Shown piece after piece: positions 54,081-64,000 of a DNA stretch of 64,000 nt. Source of the DNA: Thermoanaerobaculia bacterium (GTDB lineage Bacteria > Acidobacteriota > Thermoanaerobaculia > UBA5066). A program made the position numbers and the translations under genes. Location: assembly GCA_963816185.1 (NCBI GenBank), contig CAWFJJ010000001.1, forward strand, positions 161,224-225,223. The letters are read 5' to 3'. The first letter of the stretch is position 1. Each line of letters begins with the position of its first letter. The notes beneath the pieces were generated by a model. The model saw only the letters and a list, made by a program, of their open reading frames with translations, was not told the DNA's origin and ran no database searches.

Positions 54081-56106
54081 TTGAGCCAGGATTCGTTCGA
54101 GGAGCTCCGCGAAGAGCTGGAGAAGACCCGCGCCGAGCTTTCGGAGGCGCGGGCGCGCATCGCGGGGATGGAGATGAGCTTCTTCTGGAAGGTCCGCAAT
54201 GCGTGGTGGAGGCTCAAAGGCGGGCTCGCCGGCAGCGCGCCGTCCGGCGAGCACACCGCGCGGCCCGCTGCGGATCCAGCGCTCGTCCACGTTCCCGGCT
54301 TCGCGCCCGTTCGCATCCGGCGCGCCGCATTCGATTGCTCGTCGGATGCCGTCGACGTCGTCGTTCTCGTTCACGACGATCTGCCCGTTCTCGAGGAGTG
54401 CCTCGGGGCCCTGCTCCGGCACGCGCGTCCCCCTTACAAGCTCTTCCTCGCCGATCCGGGCGTGTCGCCCGCGCCGCGGACCTGGCTGGAGGGTTTCGCG
54501 CGCGATCAGGGAGCCGTCCTCGTGCAGGGCGCAGACGCCTTCCAGGAAGCGTGTGGCGCGGGCGCGTCACGCTTCGCTCTCCTGCTCGACGGGCGCGCGC
54601 GCGTCGCGGCGGATTTCCTCGACCGGCTGATCGCCTGTCTCGCCTCCGATCCGAGAGACGGCGGGTGTCATTCCCCTCGCCGCCGACATTCCGGGCGCCG
54701 GCCCGGCCTTCGAGCGCGTCGAGCGCGCGCTGGCCGACGGGGATAGGGCTCCCGCGACTCTCCTCGCCGCCGAGTCGGCTCGGCTCTTTCCGGCATCCGG
54801 AGACGGTGGCGGCTGCGCGCTCCTCGTGAGGCGACCGGCATTGCGCTCCGGCGGATCGGAGCGCTCGCCAGGTGAGGTCCTCGCCCGGATGCGGGCCGAT
54901 AAGAAGCGGATTCTCCTTGCGGACGACACGTGGGTGGCCGGCGCCGCCGCCGCGGCCCCGGAGGCGCCGGACCGCGTGACCGCCGGCATCGCGGCCCGTT
55001 TCGCGATTCTGCCGGAGCGGGTCGGCCTTCGGGAGCGCGCGCGACGGCGGTGGGAAGGGAAGCGCGTCCTGTACGTCCTGCCGGTGCTCGAGCGCGGAGG
55101 CGGGTCGAACGTCGTCCTGGCGGAAGCGCGGGCGATGACGCGGATGGGCGTCGAAGCGCGCGTCTTCAACCTCGCGGGTCACCGATCCGTCTTCGAGAAG
55201 AGCTATCCGGCGCCGGGCGTTCCGATCGTCTACGGACGCGAGTCCGATCTCGTCGAGATCGCGCAGGGCTTCGACGCCGTGATCGGGACGGCTCACTACT
55301 CGGTGCCTTGGATGGTGCCGCTCGCGAGGCTTTCGCGGCCTCCGGTTCTCGGCTACTGCATCCAGGATTACGAGCCGCTCTTCTACGCCGAAGGCTCGGA
55401 CGATTGGAAGCGTGCGTTCGCCTCGTACTCTCTCGTGCCGGGCATGCGACGTTTCTCGAAGTCCGCGTGGAATGCCGACGAGGTCGTCGCCCGGACGGGC
55501 CTCGACTGCGCGCTCGTGAGCGCGAGCTTCGACGCGGACATCTTCCGCCCCCGGCTGCCGGAGCCTGCCGCAAGCCCGGTGCGGATCGCCGCGATGGTGC
55601 GTCCCTCGACGCCGCGGAGGCAGCCAGGCCTCACCGTCGACGTGATGCGGGCCCTCGCGCAGAAGCTCGGCGACCGGGTCGAGGTCGTCCTCTTCGGGTC
55701 CGAGCGGTCGGATCCCGCCCTGCGTCCACTTCGCCTCGACTTTCCGCACCGCTTCCTCGGCGTCCTCGACGACCGGCAGCTCTCGGCTCTCCTGTCGCAG
55801 GTGCACGTCTTCGCGGATCTCTCGACGTATCAGGCGCTCGGCGTCGCATCGCTCGAGGCCATGGCATCGGGCGCCGTGGTCGTCGTCCCGAAGACGGGCG
55901 GAGCGAACACATTCGCCACGCACGAGATCAACGCCCTCGCCGTCGACACGTCGTCCCGGGACGCTTGCGTCGCCTGCCTCGAGCGGCTCGCCACGGACGA
56001 GGCGCTCCTCCGGCGCCTCGCCGCTCAGGCGATCGCGGACGCCGGTCTCCATACGCCCGACCGCGCGGCGGCGGGCATCCTCGAGGTCCTGTTTGCACAA
56101 GCGTAG
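54081..56106 (+). CDS. Bifunctional glycosyltransferase (N-terminal coiled-coil + GT2 + GT4). It has an apparent frameshift near 54640.
   Basis: ORF 54081..54746 has a coiled coil (EELREELEKTRAELSEARARIAGME) and a GT2 start (VDVVVLVHDD). The GT2 domain continues in the frame of ORF 54826..56106 (GVIPLAADIPG ... GGCALLVRR), then the GT4 part (ASLEAMASGAVVVVP). The junction ggcgggtgtc fits one extra G. Confidence 0.65.
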
Positions 56107-57155
56107 GGTCCACGTCCTCCACGGCTTCTATGGCGCGGAGATTCCCTACAGCTGCACGTACATCCGCCTCCTGCGCCCGCTCTCGCATCCGGCCCTCGCT
56201 GACGAGATCGACCTGACGCACGGCACGGCGGAAGCGGTGCCCGACTGCGACCTCCTCGTCGTCGAGCGGCACGTTCTCTGGCCGTACGAGAGGCAGCTGG
56301 ACGGATTCGTCCGCGTGCTTTCCCGTTGCCGGCAGAAGGGCATCCCCGTCGTCTACGAGCTCGACGACAACCTGCTCGACCTCCACCGCGACGAGCCGTG
56401 GGAGACCGTACCCGGGAGACTCGCTCCGCGCCGTCGTCGCGTTTCTCGCGCGCCAGGCCGACGGCATGATCGTCTCGACGCCGGCGCTCGCGGAGCGCGT
56501 GGCGGATCTCAGAAGCGGGGTTCTCGTCGTGCCGAGTGCGCTCGACGAACGGCTCTTCGGCTCCGCGCCGGATCCCTTCCTGTCGCATTCATCCACGGTG
56601 ACGATCGGCTACATGGGCACGCTGACGCACGAGGCGGACCTCCGCATGGTGCTCGCGCCGCTCCGGGCGCTCCTCGCGCGCCACGCCGGAAGGGTGCGGC
56701 TGGAGCTCGTGGGCGGAGTCGCGGGGCGGAGGACGGCGTCACTTTTCGATGGCCTGCCGTTCCGGATGCGGGAGCCGGGGAACGAGGACCCTTACCCGAG
56801 GTTCGTCCCGTGGATGCGGCAGCATCTGCGATGGGACGTCGCGATCGCGCCGCTCGAGGACAACCCTTTCACGCGGTGCAAGTCCGACCTCAAGTACCTC
56901 GACTACGCGGCGCTCGGGATTCCGGCCGTCTTCAGCGACGTGCGCCCCTACCGGGATACGGTGCGCCATCGCGAGACGGGTCTCCTCGCTGCGAACGAGC
57001 CCAAGGCGTGGGCGGACGCGCTCGAGGAAATCGTGAGAGACGGCGCCCTTCGCGCACGGCTCGCGGAGGCCGCGAAGGCCGAGGTACACGGCAGCCGGAT
57101 GCTGAGGACGAACGCCGTGCTTTGGCGCGAGGTCCTGCTTTCGGTCGGTCGTTAG
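56093..57155 (+). CDS. Glycosyltransferase (GT-B, family 1/4-like). It has an apparent frameshift near 56420.
   Basis: N-terminal part in ORF 56093..57895 (TTG start). It continues in ORF 56466..57155 (GDSLRAVVAFLARQADGMIVSTPALAERV ... IGYMGTL). The junction gtacccgggagac fits one extra G. Confidence 0.6.
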
Positions 57156-57814
57156 CGCGATTCGCTGAGCCACTCCATCGCGGCCCCGACGTCCTCGCCC
57201 GCAAAGCGGCCCTTCGACACGTCGATTCGCTCGAGGATCCAGCGCTTCCCGTTGCGCTCGAGCGCGATCGAGCGAAGCGGGCGCGACTCGGGGGGCGGCT
57301 TGTCGCGGCGCACCTCCAGGCGGACTCCCCACTCCCGGACGACGCCCTTGTAGAGCCTGAGCGCGTGCTCGACGGGGATGCGCCTTCTGTGAAGGTCGAT
57401 CGCGACGTCCGGGTGAATCACGTATGTGATCTCGCGGAGCAGCCAGCGCGCGTGCAGGATGTTCTCCCAGAAGTCGACGAACCACACGCAGATGTGAAGG
57501 TAGTGGTCCTCGTTGAAGAACATCTTGTGGTCGATGATGAACGCCGAGTTCTCCCACGCGTAAGGAGTCCAGAACTCGAGGGTCGCGCCGTCCTCCGCGA
57601 CGCGCGTGATCTCGGCGAAGAGGGCGGTCGGGTCCTTGACGTGCTCGAGAAAGTGCGAGGAGTGCACGTACGCGACGCTCCGGTCGGGAAACGGGAGCGG
57701 GGCGTTCAGGAGGTCGACGACCTGGTCGACGCCGGGGCCGGGCAGGACGTCGAGCCCGATGGTGCCGTCCTTCTTCTTGGCTCCGCAGCCCAGGTCGATT
57801 CTCAGTCCCGCCAT
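57152..57814 (-). CDS. Class I SAM-dependent methyltransferase
   Basis: 220 aa from MAGLRIDLGCGAKKKDGTIGLDVLPGPGVDQVVDL, with a GxGxG-type SAM motif. Its stop is convergent with and overlaps the GT stop. Confidence 0.65.
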   Translation of the reverse strand: MAGLRIDLGCGAKKKDGTIGLDVLPGPGVDQVVDLLNAPLPFPDRSVAYVHSSHFLEHVKDPTALFAEITRVAEDGATLEFWTPYAWENSAFIIDHKMFFNEDHYLHICVWFVDFWENILHARWLLREITYVIHPDVAIDLHRRRIPVEHALRLYKGVVREWGVRLEVRRDKPPPESRPLRSIALERNGKRWILERIDVSKGRFAGEDVGAAMEWLSESR

Positions 57815-57846
57815 CGCGCCGCCATTATCGTCCGGGGTCGCGAGCC

Positions 57847-59460
57847 TCAATTGTGTCCTCCGCGTGAATCTCGATCTTCGGCGCCTCGAAGATGAGCGGG
57901 TCGCGCCCTTGGGACTCTTCGCCGGCGAGGCGCAACGGACCCGTTTCGCCGTCGAGGAGGGCGATCGACGAAAGGGGGCGTGTCGCTTCGCGAGGAAGAA
58001 AGTCGTTCTCCAGGGAACGGTAGCCTCCGCCGTGACCGAGAGCGGCGACGCGCCGAGCTGCGGGTCGGCGCGGGGTCGCGCGACGCGTGCTCGGGCGCTC
58101 GGGGGCATCGACGCGCCCCCAAGCGGCCTGCCGGGCGGGAGGTAGTAGACCGAGTCGGTGGCAGGGTCGACGCCGGGCCTCGAGGTAGACGCTCGGCATG
58201 AGCGGCGACGAGGCGATACGTTCGTCCGGCTCCGTAAGCGCCTCTATGTACCGCGCGACATTCAACCAGGCGCCGCCTCCGCGACGAGCCTCGGGACATC
58301 GCGGAATCGAAAGGACTCGTGTCGCGCCGCCGCTGAAAGGGCGGGAATGAAGACGAGAGCGACGAGGTCGCAACGAGTCGCGGCCTCCGGAAGCTACCGG
58401 CCCACGGAAAGAAGGCTGCCACGGCGAAGATCGCGAGGCAGCGGAATGGCACGGGAGTCGCCGGGCCGGAGAAGCCCGCCCAGAACGAGGACCATCGGTG
58501 ACGCGAGCAATGCGAGGGCCACGCCTGCCAAAGCGCCTCGCGGCGAAACCTCGGCGATGAGGAAGAACGGAAGACGAGGAGCGCAATTACGACGAAATCT
58601 CCGGCGGAGGAGGCCTGGAGTGCACGGCGAGGGCGTCCGGATAGAGTCGGGCGCCGTACTCGCCCCGACCCAGGCGTTGAGGACCTGGGCGATTCCACCG
58701 ACGAACGGGCGTTGCCGAGAACGTCGTAGAGAAGATCGACTTGACATCCAAGAAACTTTCGCGAAAACAACCCTGGTCGCCGAACGAGGTGCCGGGCCAC
58801 AACGAAGCGCTGCCGAGGCTCGCCGTCACCCGCCGAAGGATCGCCCATGCGCGGCGAGGTGCGGTTGGGCCAGGGCAACGATGAGGAGGAGGCCAAACCA
58901 TGATTCCGCCGCCCCAGGACCACGAGGCCAGGATTCCTCCGAAGGCGAGAGCCTTGGCGAGGGGAATCGGCCGGCTGGGCCAGCGCGCGAGGGCAAATGC
59001 CCCGATCGCCACGCCGAGCTGCGAAAGCCCGTACTGAAGAGCGGGACTCGCCGAATGTGAAAACGGTGACGCGCGACGTCGAGAAGAGGAGGAGCGACAG
59101 CAGGGGCAGGAGGAGCCAGCGCAACGCCGCCGGGAATGGCACGGGCGAGGAGAACCAGCGTCGCCGGCCACGAGCGCAAGACCGAGGCCGAGCTCGACCC
59201 ACACGGACCATTCGAAGAATCGCGCGTTCAGGTAATAGATCGGGATTACCGCGATCAGGGAGTGCCCACCCACGACCTAAGCCTCGCGAATGTACTTCGC
59301 GAACGAACAGGTGCCGTCGAAGACATCGAGACGACGAGAGGAACGCGCATCCCGTAGTCGTTCGAAAGGTTGTTCTCGCCGTTCGTGAAGACGATCCACG
59401 CCATGCGCACCGGTGGGAGAAGCGCCAGGGCCGAAGCAGCGACAGGACCTTTGCGCCGCG
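57847..59460 (-). pseudogene. Probable disrupted or heavily frame-shifted membrane-protein gene downstream of holB
   Basis: Minus-strand ORF fragments in all three frames carry TM-like segments (MAWIVFTNGENNLSNDYG, GHSLIAVIPIYYLNARFFEWSVWVELGLGLALVAG, LQYGLSQLGVAIGAFALARW, WLLLPLLSLLLF). No single frame is open. The function is unclear. Confidence 0.3.
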
Positions 59461-59484
59461 GGAGACAGGCCTCGTCGTCGGCGC

Positions 59485-60429
59485 TCACAGCCCCAGCGCG
59501 AAGGCTTCCGTCGCGAGCTTCACGTTGCGGCGCGAGTCCGTGAGGCTCGCGGCGAGGTCGAGGGCGCCCGACGCCGCGTCGAGGAGGTCCGCGGCCCTGA
59601 CCGTGCCGAGGTGCGCGAGATCGGCGAAGCGTTCGCGGAAGAGGATGTGGCGGCCGGCGGGATCGACGGGCGCCGCCGCGGCATCGCGCAGGAGCTGCGC
59701 GAGGAGCTGGAGGCGGCGCACGGCCTCGGGGCCGTCGTCGGCTCCGAGGAGCGTTCCGAGGGCGAGCGACCACGACAGCGAGCGCGTGAGGAAGATTCCG
59801 GAGACGGCCTCGAGGAGCGCGTCCCGCGTGGCGCGCGCCTCGGCGAGGTCCAATTCGGCGGCTTCGTCGGCGTCGTGCGGCGCGAAGGCCGCGCGCGCCT
59901 CCGCTTCTTCCTCACCCAAGCCGCGGCTTCTCAGAGCGGCGGCCGTCTCTTCACGCGTGGCGCCCGGGACCGGGCGGAGCGCGACGCGCGAGAGGATCGT
60001 GGACGGGAGAAGGCGCGGGCGCGTGGCCGTGAGGATGAAGCGCGTCTTCGTGGGCGGCTCCTCGAGGATCTTCAGGAGCGCGCTGAAGGCCGCGCTCTCG
60101 GTGCGGTCCACGTCGAGGAGGACGACGGCGCGCCGCGGCGCCTCGTAGGGAAGCCGCGTCGCGTCCGCGGCGACCGCGCGCACGAGCGCGGTCGGCAGCG
60201 TCGTCTCCTTGCCGTCGGCCTCCTCGAACGGCGGGGGGTTGACGCGGCGCCGCCTCTCGGGCGCGGCGACCATGAGGTCGGGATGCTCGCGCCGGTAAAC
60301 GCGCCGCGCGGCGGGGGATTCGGGGTCGAAGCCGGGTCCGCAGACGATCTCGGCCGCCGCCTCGAGCGCCAGCGCCTCGAGACGCCGCCCGCCCGGTCCC
60401 GCGAGGAGGACGACCGGAGCGCCGCTCAT
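59485..60429 (-). CDS. holB: DNA polymerase III subunit delta-prime
   Basis: 314 aa. LKILEEPPTKTRFILTATRPRLLPSTILSRV. There is an ATGA-type overlap with tmk. Confidence 0.85.
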   Translation of the reverse strand: MSGAPVVLLAGPGGRRLEALALEAAAEIVCGPGFDPESPAARRVYRREHPDLMVAAPERRRRVNPPPFEEADGKETTLPTALVRAVAADATRLPYEAPRRAVVLLDVDRTESAAFSALLKILEEPPTKTRFILTATRPRLLPSTILSRVALRPVPGATREETAAALRSRGLGEEEAEARAAFAPHDADEAAELDLAEARATRDALLEAVSGIFLTRSLSWSLALGTLLGADDGPEAVRRLQLLAQLLRDAAAAPVDPAGRHILFRERFADLAHLGTVRAADLLDAASGALDLAASLTDSRRNVKLATEAFALGL

Positions 60430-61100
60430 CGGCGGCTCGACGCAGGCGCGCGGCGGCGGGACCGGAAGAGGATCTGAAGATCTTCTTCGAGTGAAGAGAA
60501 GACCTCGTCCGCGGACGGCGTCGCGTCGATGACGACGAATCGTCTCGGCTCGCGTCGAGCGCGACGCCGATAGGCCGCGCGCACTCTTTCATGGAATTCT
60601 CTTCCCTCCTCCTCGAACCGATCGAACGATGCGCCCTTTCGGCCCGCGACGCGGGCGAGCGCCGTCTCGACCGGGAGATCGAAGAGGTACGTTCGATCGG
60701 GGTTCCTCCTGCACCAGCGCTCGTGGAGCTCGTCGACGCGCTTCTCGCCGAGCCCCCGGCCGGCGCCCTGGTAGGCGCGCGAGGCGTCCGTGTACCGGTC
60801 ACAGAGGACGTGCGTTCCGGCCGCGAGGGCGGGCTCGATCATCGTCATGAGGTGATGCCGCCGGTCCGCCATCATGAGGAGGAGCTCGGCACCCGCGTCG
60901 ATGTGATCCCTGGAATGGAGGAGCGCTTCGCGCAGGTGCCGCCCGAGCTCCGTCCCGCCGGGGTTCCGCGTCGCGAGGACCGGGAAGCCCCGTGCCTCCA
61001 TCCACGCGGCGGCGCGCGCGACCTGCGTGGTCTTTCCCGAGCCCTCGATCCCCTCGAACGTCAGGAACAGTCCACGGGTCACGACGCGGGATTCTCGCAT
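60426..61100 (-). CDS. tmk: Thymidylate kinase
   Basis: 224 aa from MRESRVVTRGLFLTFEGIEGSGKTTQ, with a P-loop and DRY motif. It is the C-terminal part of the 1100-aa antisense ORF. Confidence 0.9.
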   Translation of the reverse strand: MRESRVVTRGLFLTFEGIEGSGKTTQVARAAAWMEARGFPVLATRNPGGTELGRHLREALLHSRDHIDAGAELLLMMADRRHHLMTMIEPALAAGTHVLCDRYTDASRAYQGAGRGLGEKRVDELHERWCRRNPDRTYLFDLPVETALARVAGRKGASFDRFEEEGREFHERVRAAYRRRARREPRRFVVIDATPSADEVFSSLEEDLQILFRSRRRAPASSRR

Positions 61101-61150
61101 GCAGGTTCGGCGCCTGCCGCGGAACGATCGTGGCACGCCGTTCGTATACT

Positions 61151-63767
61151 GAGACTGCGCATGTCGGTTCTGACGCCGGACCCGAGCAGCCCGGAGGGCG
61201 CCGTCGGCGTACCCGGCGGCTCGCCGCGGCGCCTGCTCATCTTCGTCGGCGTCCTCGCCTGCCTTCTCGCGCTTCTGTCCGTCGTCGACATGTTCATGGC
61301 GAAGGCCTACGACGGTGTCGTGCCGGACCCGTACTCCGTGAGCGGCATTCTCATCCGCGATCTCGTCCCCGGGGGCGCGGCCGAAAAGGCAGGCCTCAGG
61401 ACCGGGGACACGGTGCTGGGCATCGGACACCACATGCTCAACAAGGCGGCCGAGGCACCCGCCGAGCTGCGCCGCCACCGCGCGGGCGAGGCGGTCGACT
61501 ACCTCGTGAGACGCGGGGAGGACGTCTTCGAGACGAAGCTCGTCCTGACGCCCTTCCGCCTGGGTTCGGCATCGTATTTCTATTTCGCGTTCCTGGGCCT
61601 CCTCTTCTTCGTCCTTGGCGCTTTCGTGATCTCGCGGCGGCCGGACGACCCGGCCGTGCAGGTCTTTTACGTCCTGTGCATTCTCTTCATGCTTTTCTTC
61701 ATCTGCCGGCTGCGTCCGTCCAGCTACTACTGGATCGACTACGTCGTTCAGGTTGCCGGCACGCTCGCCCTGTTCCTCCTGCCGGCGGTTTTTCTGCACT
61801 TCTTCCTCCTGTTCCCGAAGAAGAAGACGTTCCGGTTCGCCGACCGTGCGCCCGGCGAAGCGCCCGCGGCGCCGTGGCTCTCCGCGCTCCAGCGTTTCCT
61901 CAATCGCTCGCCGCTGCTCCTGACTCTCCTGTACACGCTTCCGCCCGTCCTTTACGTCCTCCAGATGGCGGGCGCCAGAGGCGGCGGCTCGAGGCGGCTC
62001 ATTTACGGTGCGCCCACGCTCAACTGGATCCTTCTCGCCGACTACCTCATCCTCGGCCTGCTCGCACTCGCGCACACGTGGTGGACGAGCGACGACCGGG
62101 CGGCACGCCGGCCGATCCTCGTTCTTCTGATCGGCACCGTGGCCGGCATCGTGCCGTTCGTCGTCTTCGCCGTCTTTTTCCCGTCGCTCTTTCGCGAGGA
62201 CCGGTATCTCGCCTGGGGCGTCGTGCCGATGGCGCTCATCCCGCTCACGTTCGCATACGCGATCGTCCGATTCCGCCTCTTCGACGTCGAGGTCATCGTC
62301 CGCAAATCGCTCGTCTATGCGATCCTGACGGCCGTCGTCACGGGGTTCTATGCGCTCTGCGTCGTGACGGGGAACGCGCTCGTCTCGACCGTCTCGTCGT
62401 CGACTCTCCTCTCGTCTCCCGCGTTCGCGTTCGGCTTCACCCTCGTCGTCGTGCTTCTCTTCGATCCCCTGCGCAGGCGGATGCAGCGCGTCGTGGACCG
62501 CCTGTTCTTCCGCGACCGTGCTGACTTCCAGCACGCGCTCCTGGAGATGAGCCGCTCGGTCGTCTCCCAGCTCGAGAGGCCGAAGCTGCGGGCGCTCTTG
62601 ACGTCGCGCACGGCGGACCTCCTGCGGCTCGAGAGCCTCGACCTCCTCCTGCCGCGCGGCGAGGACGGCGCCTTCACGGACGGCTCCACCGGGGGCGTGG
62701 CCCTTCCCGCCCTTCCCATGGGGGCCGTGCTGCCCCGGCTGGTCCTCGAAAGGGGGTCTCCCGTGAGGCTCGCCGAGCTGGACGGCTGGGAGCTCGACCC
62801 CGACTCGCGCGCGTTCGTGGCCGCGGCGAAACGCCGGCCCGTCACGGTCGTCCTGCCGCTCGCGACGCACGGCAAGCTCCTGGGACTTCTCGCCGTCGGG
62901 CGCAAGCGTTCCGAGGAGGAGCTTTCGCGAGAGGATCTCGACCATCTGCTGACGATCGCGAATCAGGGCGCGCTCGGGCTCGAGGCGGCGGGTCTCCACG
63001 AGGAGCTCACGCGCCGGGCGGAGATGGAGAGGGATCTGGACATCGCGCGCGAGATCCAGACGAGCCTTTTTCCGCGGGAGCTGCCGCGCGTGCCGGGGGT
63101 TTCGTTCTTCGGCGTGAGCCGGCCGGCGCGCGTCGTGGGCGGCGACTTCTACGACTTTCTCGAGGTGGACGGCGACGTGCGAGCGGGCGGGCGCCTCGGC
63201 CTCGTCGTGGGCGACGTGTCGGGCAAGTCGATCCCGGCCTCGCTCCTCATGGTCGCCGCCAAGGAGATCGTCTACGCCCGGGCGATGGCCGATCCCGATC
63301 CCGGCGTCGTCTTCCGCGAGTCGAACCGGCGCCTGTACGACATCAAGCGGCGGATGTTCGTGTCGCTCGCGTACTTCCTCCTCGACCCGAAGACGCTCTC
63401 CCTCACCTACGCGTTCGGCGGCCAGCCGACGCCCCTCCTCCTGCGCGCGGGCTCGGGCACCGCGGTGGAGATTCCGGCACCTACGAATCGGCTGCCTCTC
63501 GGAGCCTTCCGCGACGTTCCTTACGACACCGTCACGTCTTACCTCTCGCCCGGGGACCTCCTCCTCTTCTACACGGACGGCCTCAACGAGGCGATGTCCG
63601 CCGAAATGGCACCGTACGGGGACGAAAGGCTCAAGGCCTCGTTCGTCCGCCACGCAAAGCGCCCTCTGCCGCAGCTCGCCGACGAGCTTCTCGAGGACAT
63701 CCGCCAGTTTACCCAGGACGCCGAGCAATACGACGACCAGACCTTCGTCCTGATGCGCGTCGGGTAA
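61151..63767 (+). CDS. Membrane sensor phosphatase: PDZ domain, multi-TM domain, GAF and PP2C (SpoIIE)
   Basis: 872 aa from MSVLTPDPSS. PDZ (GILIRDLVPGGAAEKAGLRTGDTVLGIG). About 8 TM segments with the motif VRFRLFDVEV. GAF. PP2C (GGDFYDFL ... VGDVSGKSIPASL ... LLFYTDGLNEA). Confidence 0.85.
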
Positions 63768-63828
63768 AACTCGAAACGCCGCGGGCGCGTATCATCGAAT
63801 GGCCGCCCCGTGCGGCCTCCGGAGGCTC

Positions 63829-64000
63829 CATGCCGCTCGCGTCCCGCCGCTTCCTGCGCCCGCTCACCCTCGCCCTCGTGGTGGCGGGTCTCGTGGTGGC
63901 CGGGACCGCCGCGGCGTTCTTCCTCAGGAGCCGCCGCGAGGTCACGACGTCCTCGAAGCAGGCCCTGAAGGCTTACAACGAGGCGCGCGACAACGACCTC
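63829..64000 (+). CDS. Partial hypothetical membrane or secreted protein (5' end only)
   Basis: ATG at 63829. MPLASRRFLRPLTLALVVAGLVVAGTAAAFFL. The gene runs off the window. Confidence 0.3.

Noticed and set aside
60426-63728. 1100-aa ORF on the - strand
   Set aside because: Only its last 224 codons (60426-61100) make a real protein, tmk. The rest is antisense to the PDZ-TM-GAF-PP2C gene and is low-complexity.
1-64000. CRISPR arrays, IS elements, integrases, phage genes
   Set aside because: There are no direct-repeat/spacer arrays and no transposase- or integrase-like ORFs in any frame. The low-GC spots are short intergenic regions, not islands.

Overview
High-GC (~70%) bacterial chromosomal segment with dense coding on both strands. 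There are OM beta-barrel proteins and lipoproteins, so the organism is diderm-type.

Gene content by region:
- 0-14 kb: housekeeping and respiratory genes. These are HIT, murA, prmC, a ctaA/ctaB haem-A cluster with an ABC-2 exporter, DUF420 and a cupredoxin-like lipoprotein, an NSAR-M20-GNAT operon, rpmE and prfA.
- 14-21 kb and 59-64 kb: signalling genes. These are FHA-GAF-PP2C, an ECF sigma, a sigma54-type NtrC regulator with a large PDZ/multi-TM/GAF histidine kinase, and a paralogous PDZ/multi-TM/GAF-PP2C phosphatase. tmk and holB sit at 59-61 kb.
- 21-31 kb: an OMP, proline dehydrogenase, comF, an OMP, Lrp, glgC, a DnaJ-like gene and an XRE-TPR-secreted operon.
- 31-58 kb: a large cell-surface glycan/glycoprotein locus. 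A Wzm permease is separated from its Wzt ATPase, which carries a C-terminal extension, by three huge secreted proteins. These are an FG-GAP beta-propeller lipoprotein, a Cys-rich protein and a ~1700-aa PKD/poly-Gly protein. The locus continues with GT4/GT2 glycosyltransferases, two bifunctional GT2-GT4 enzymes with coiled-coil tails, a PIG-L deacetylase, two SAM methyltransferases, a PEGA-domain Trp/Gly/His-rich secreted protein and a GT-C-like polytopic membrane protein.

No rRNA, tRNA, CRISPR or transposase was seen.

At least nine genes show single-base frame breaks. Those I resolved are insertions in short G/C runs, so I treat them as homopolymer sequencing artefacts rather than real pseudogenes.
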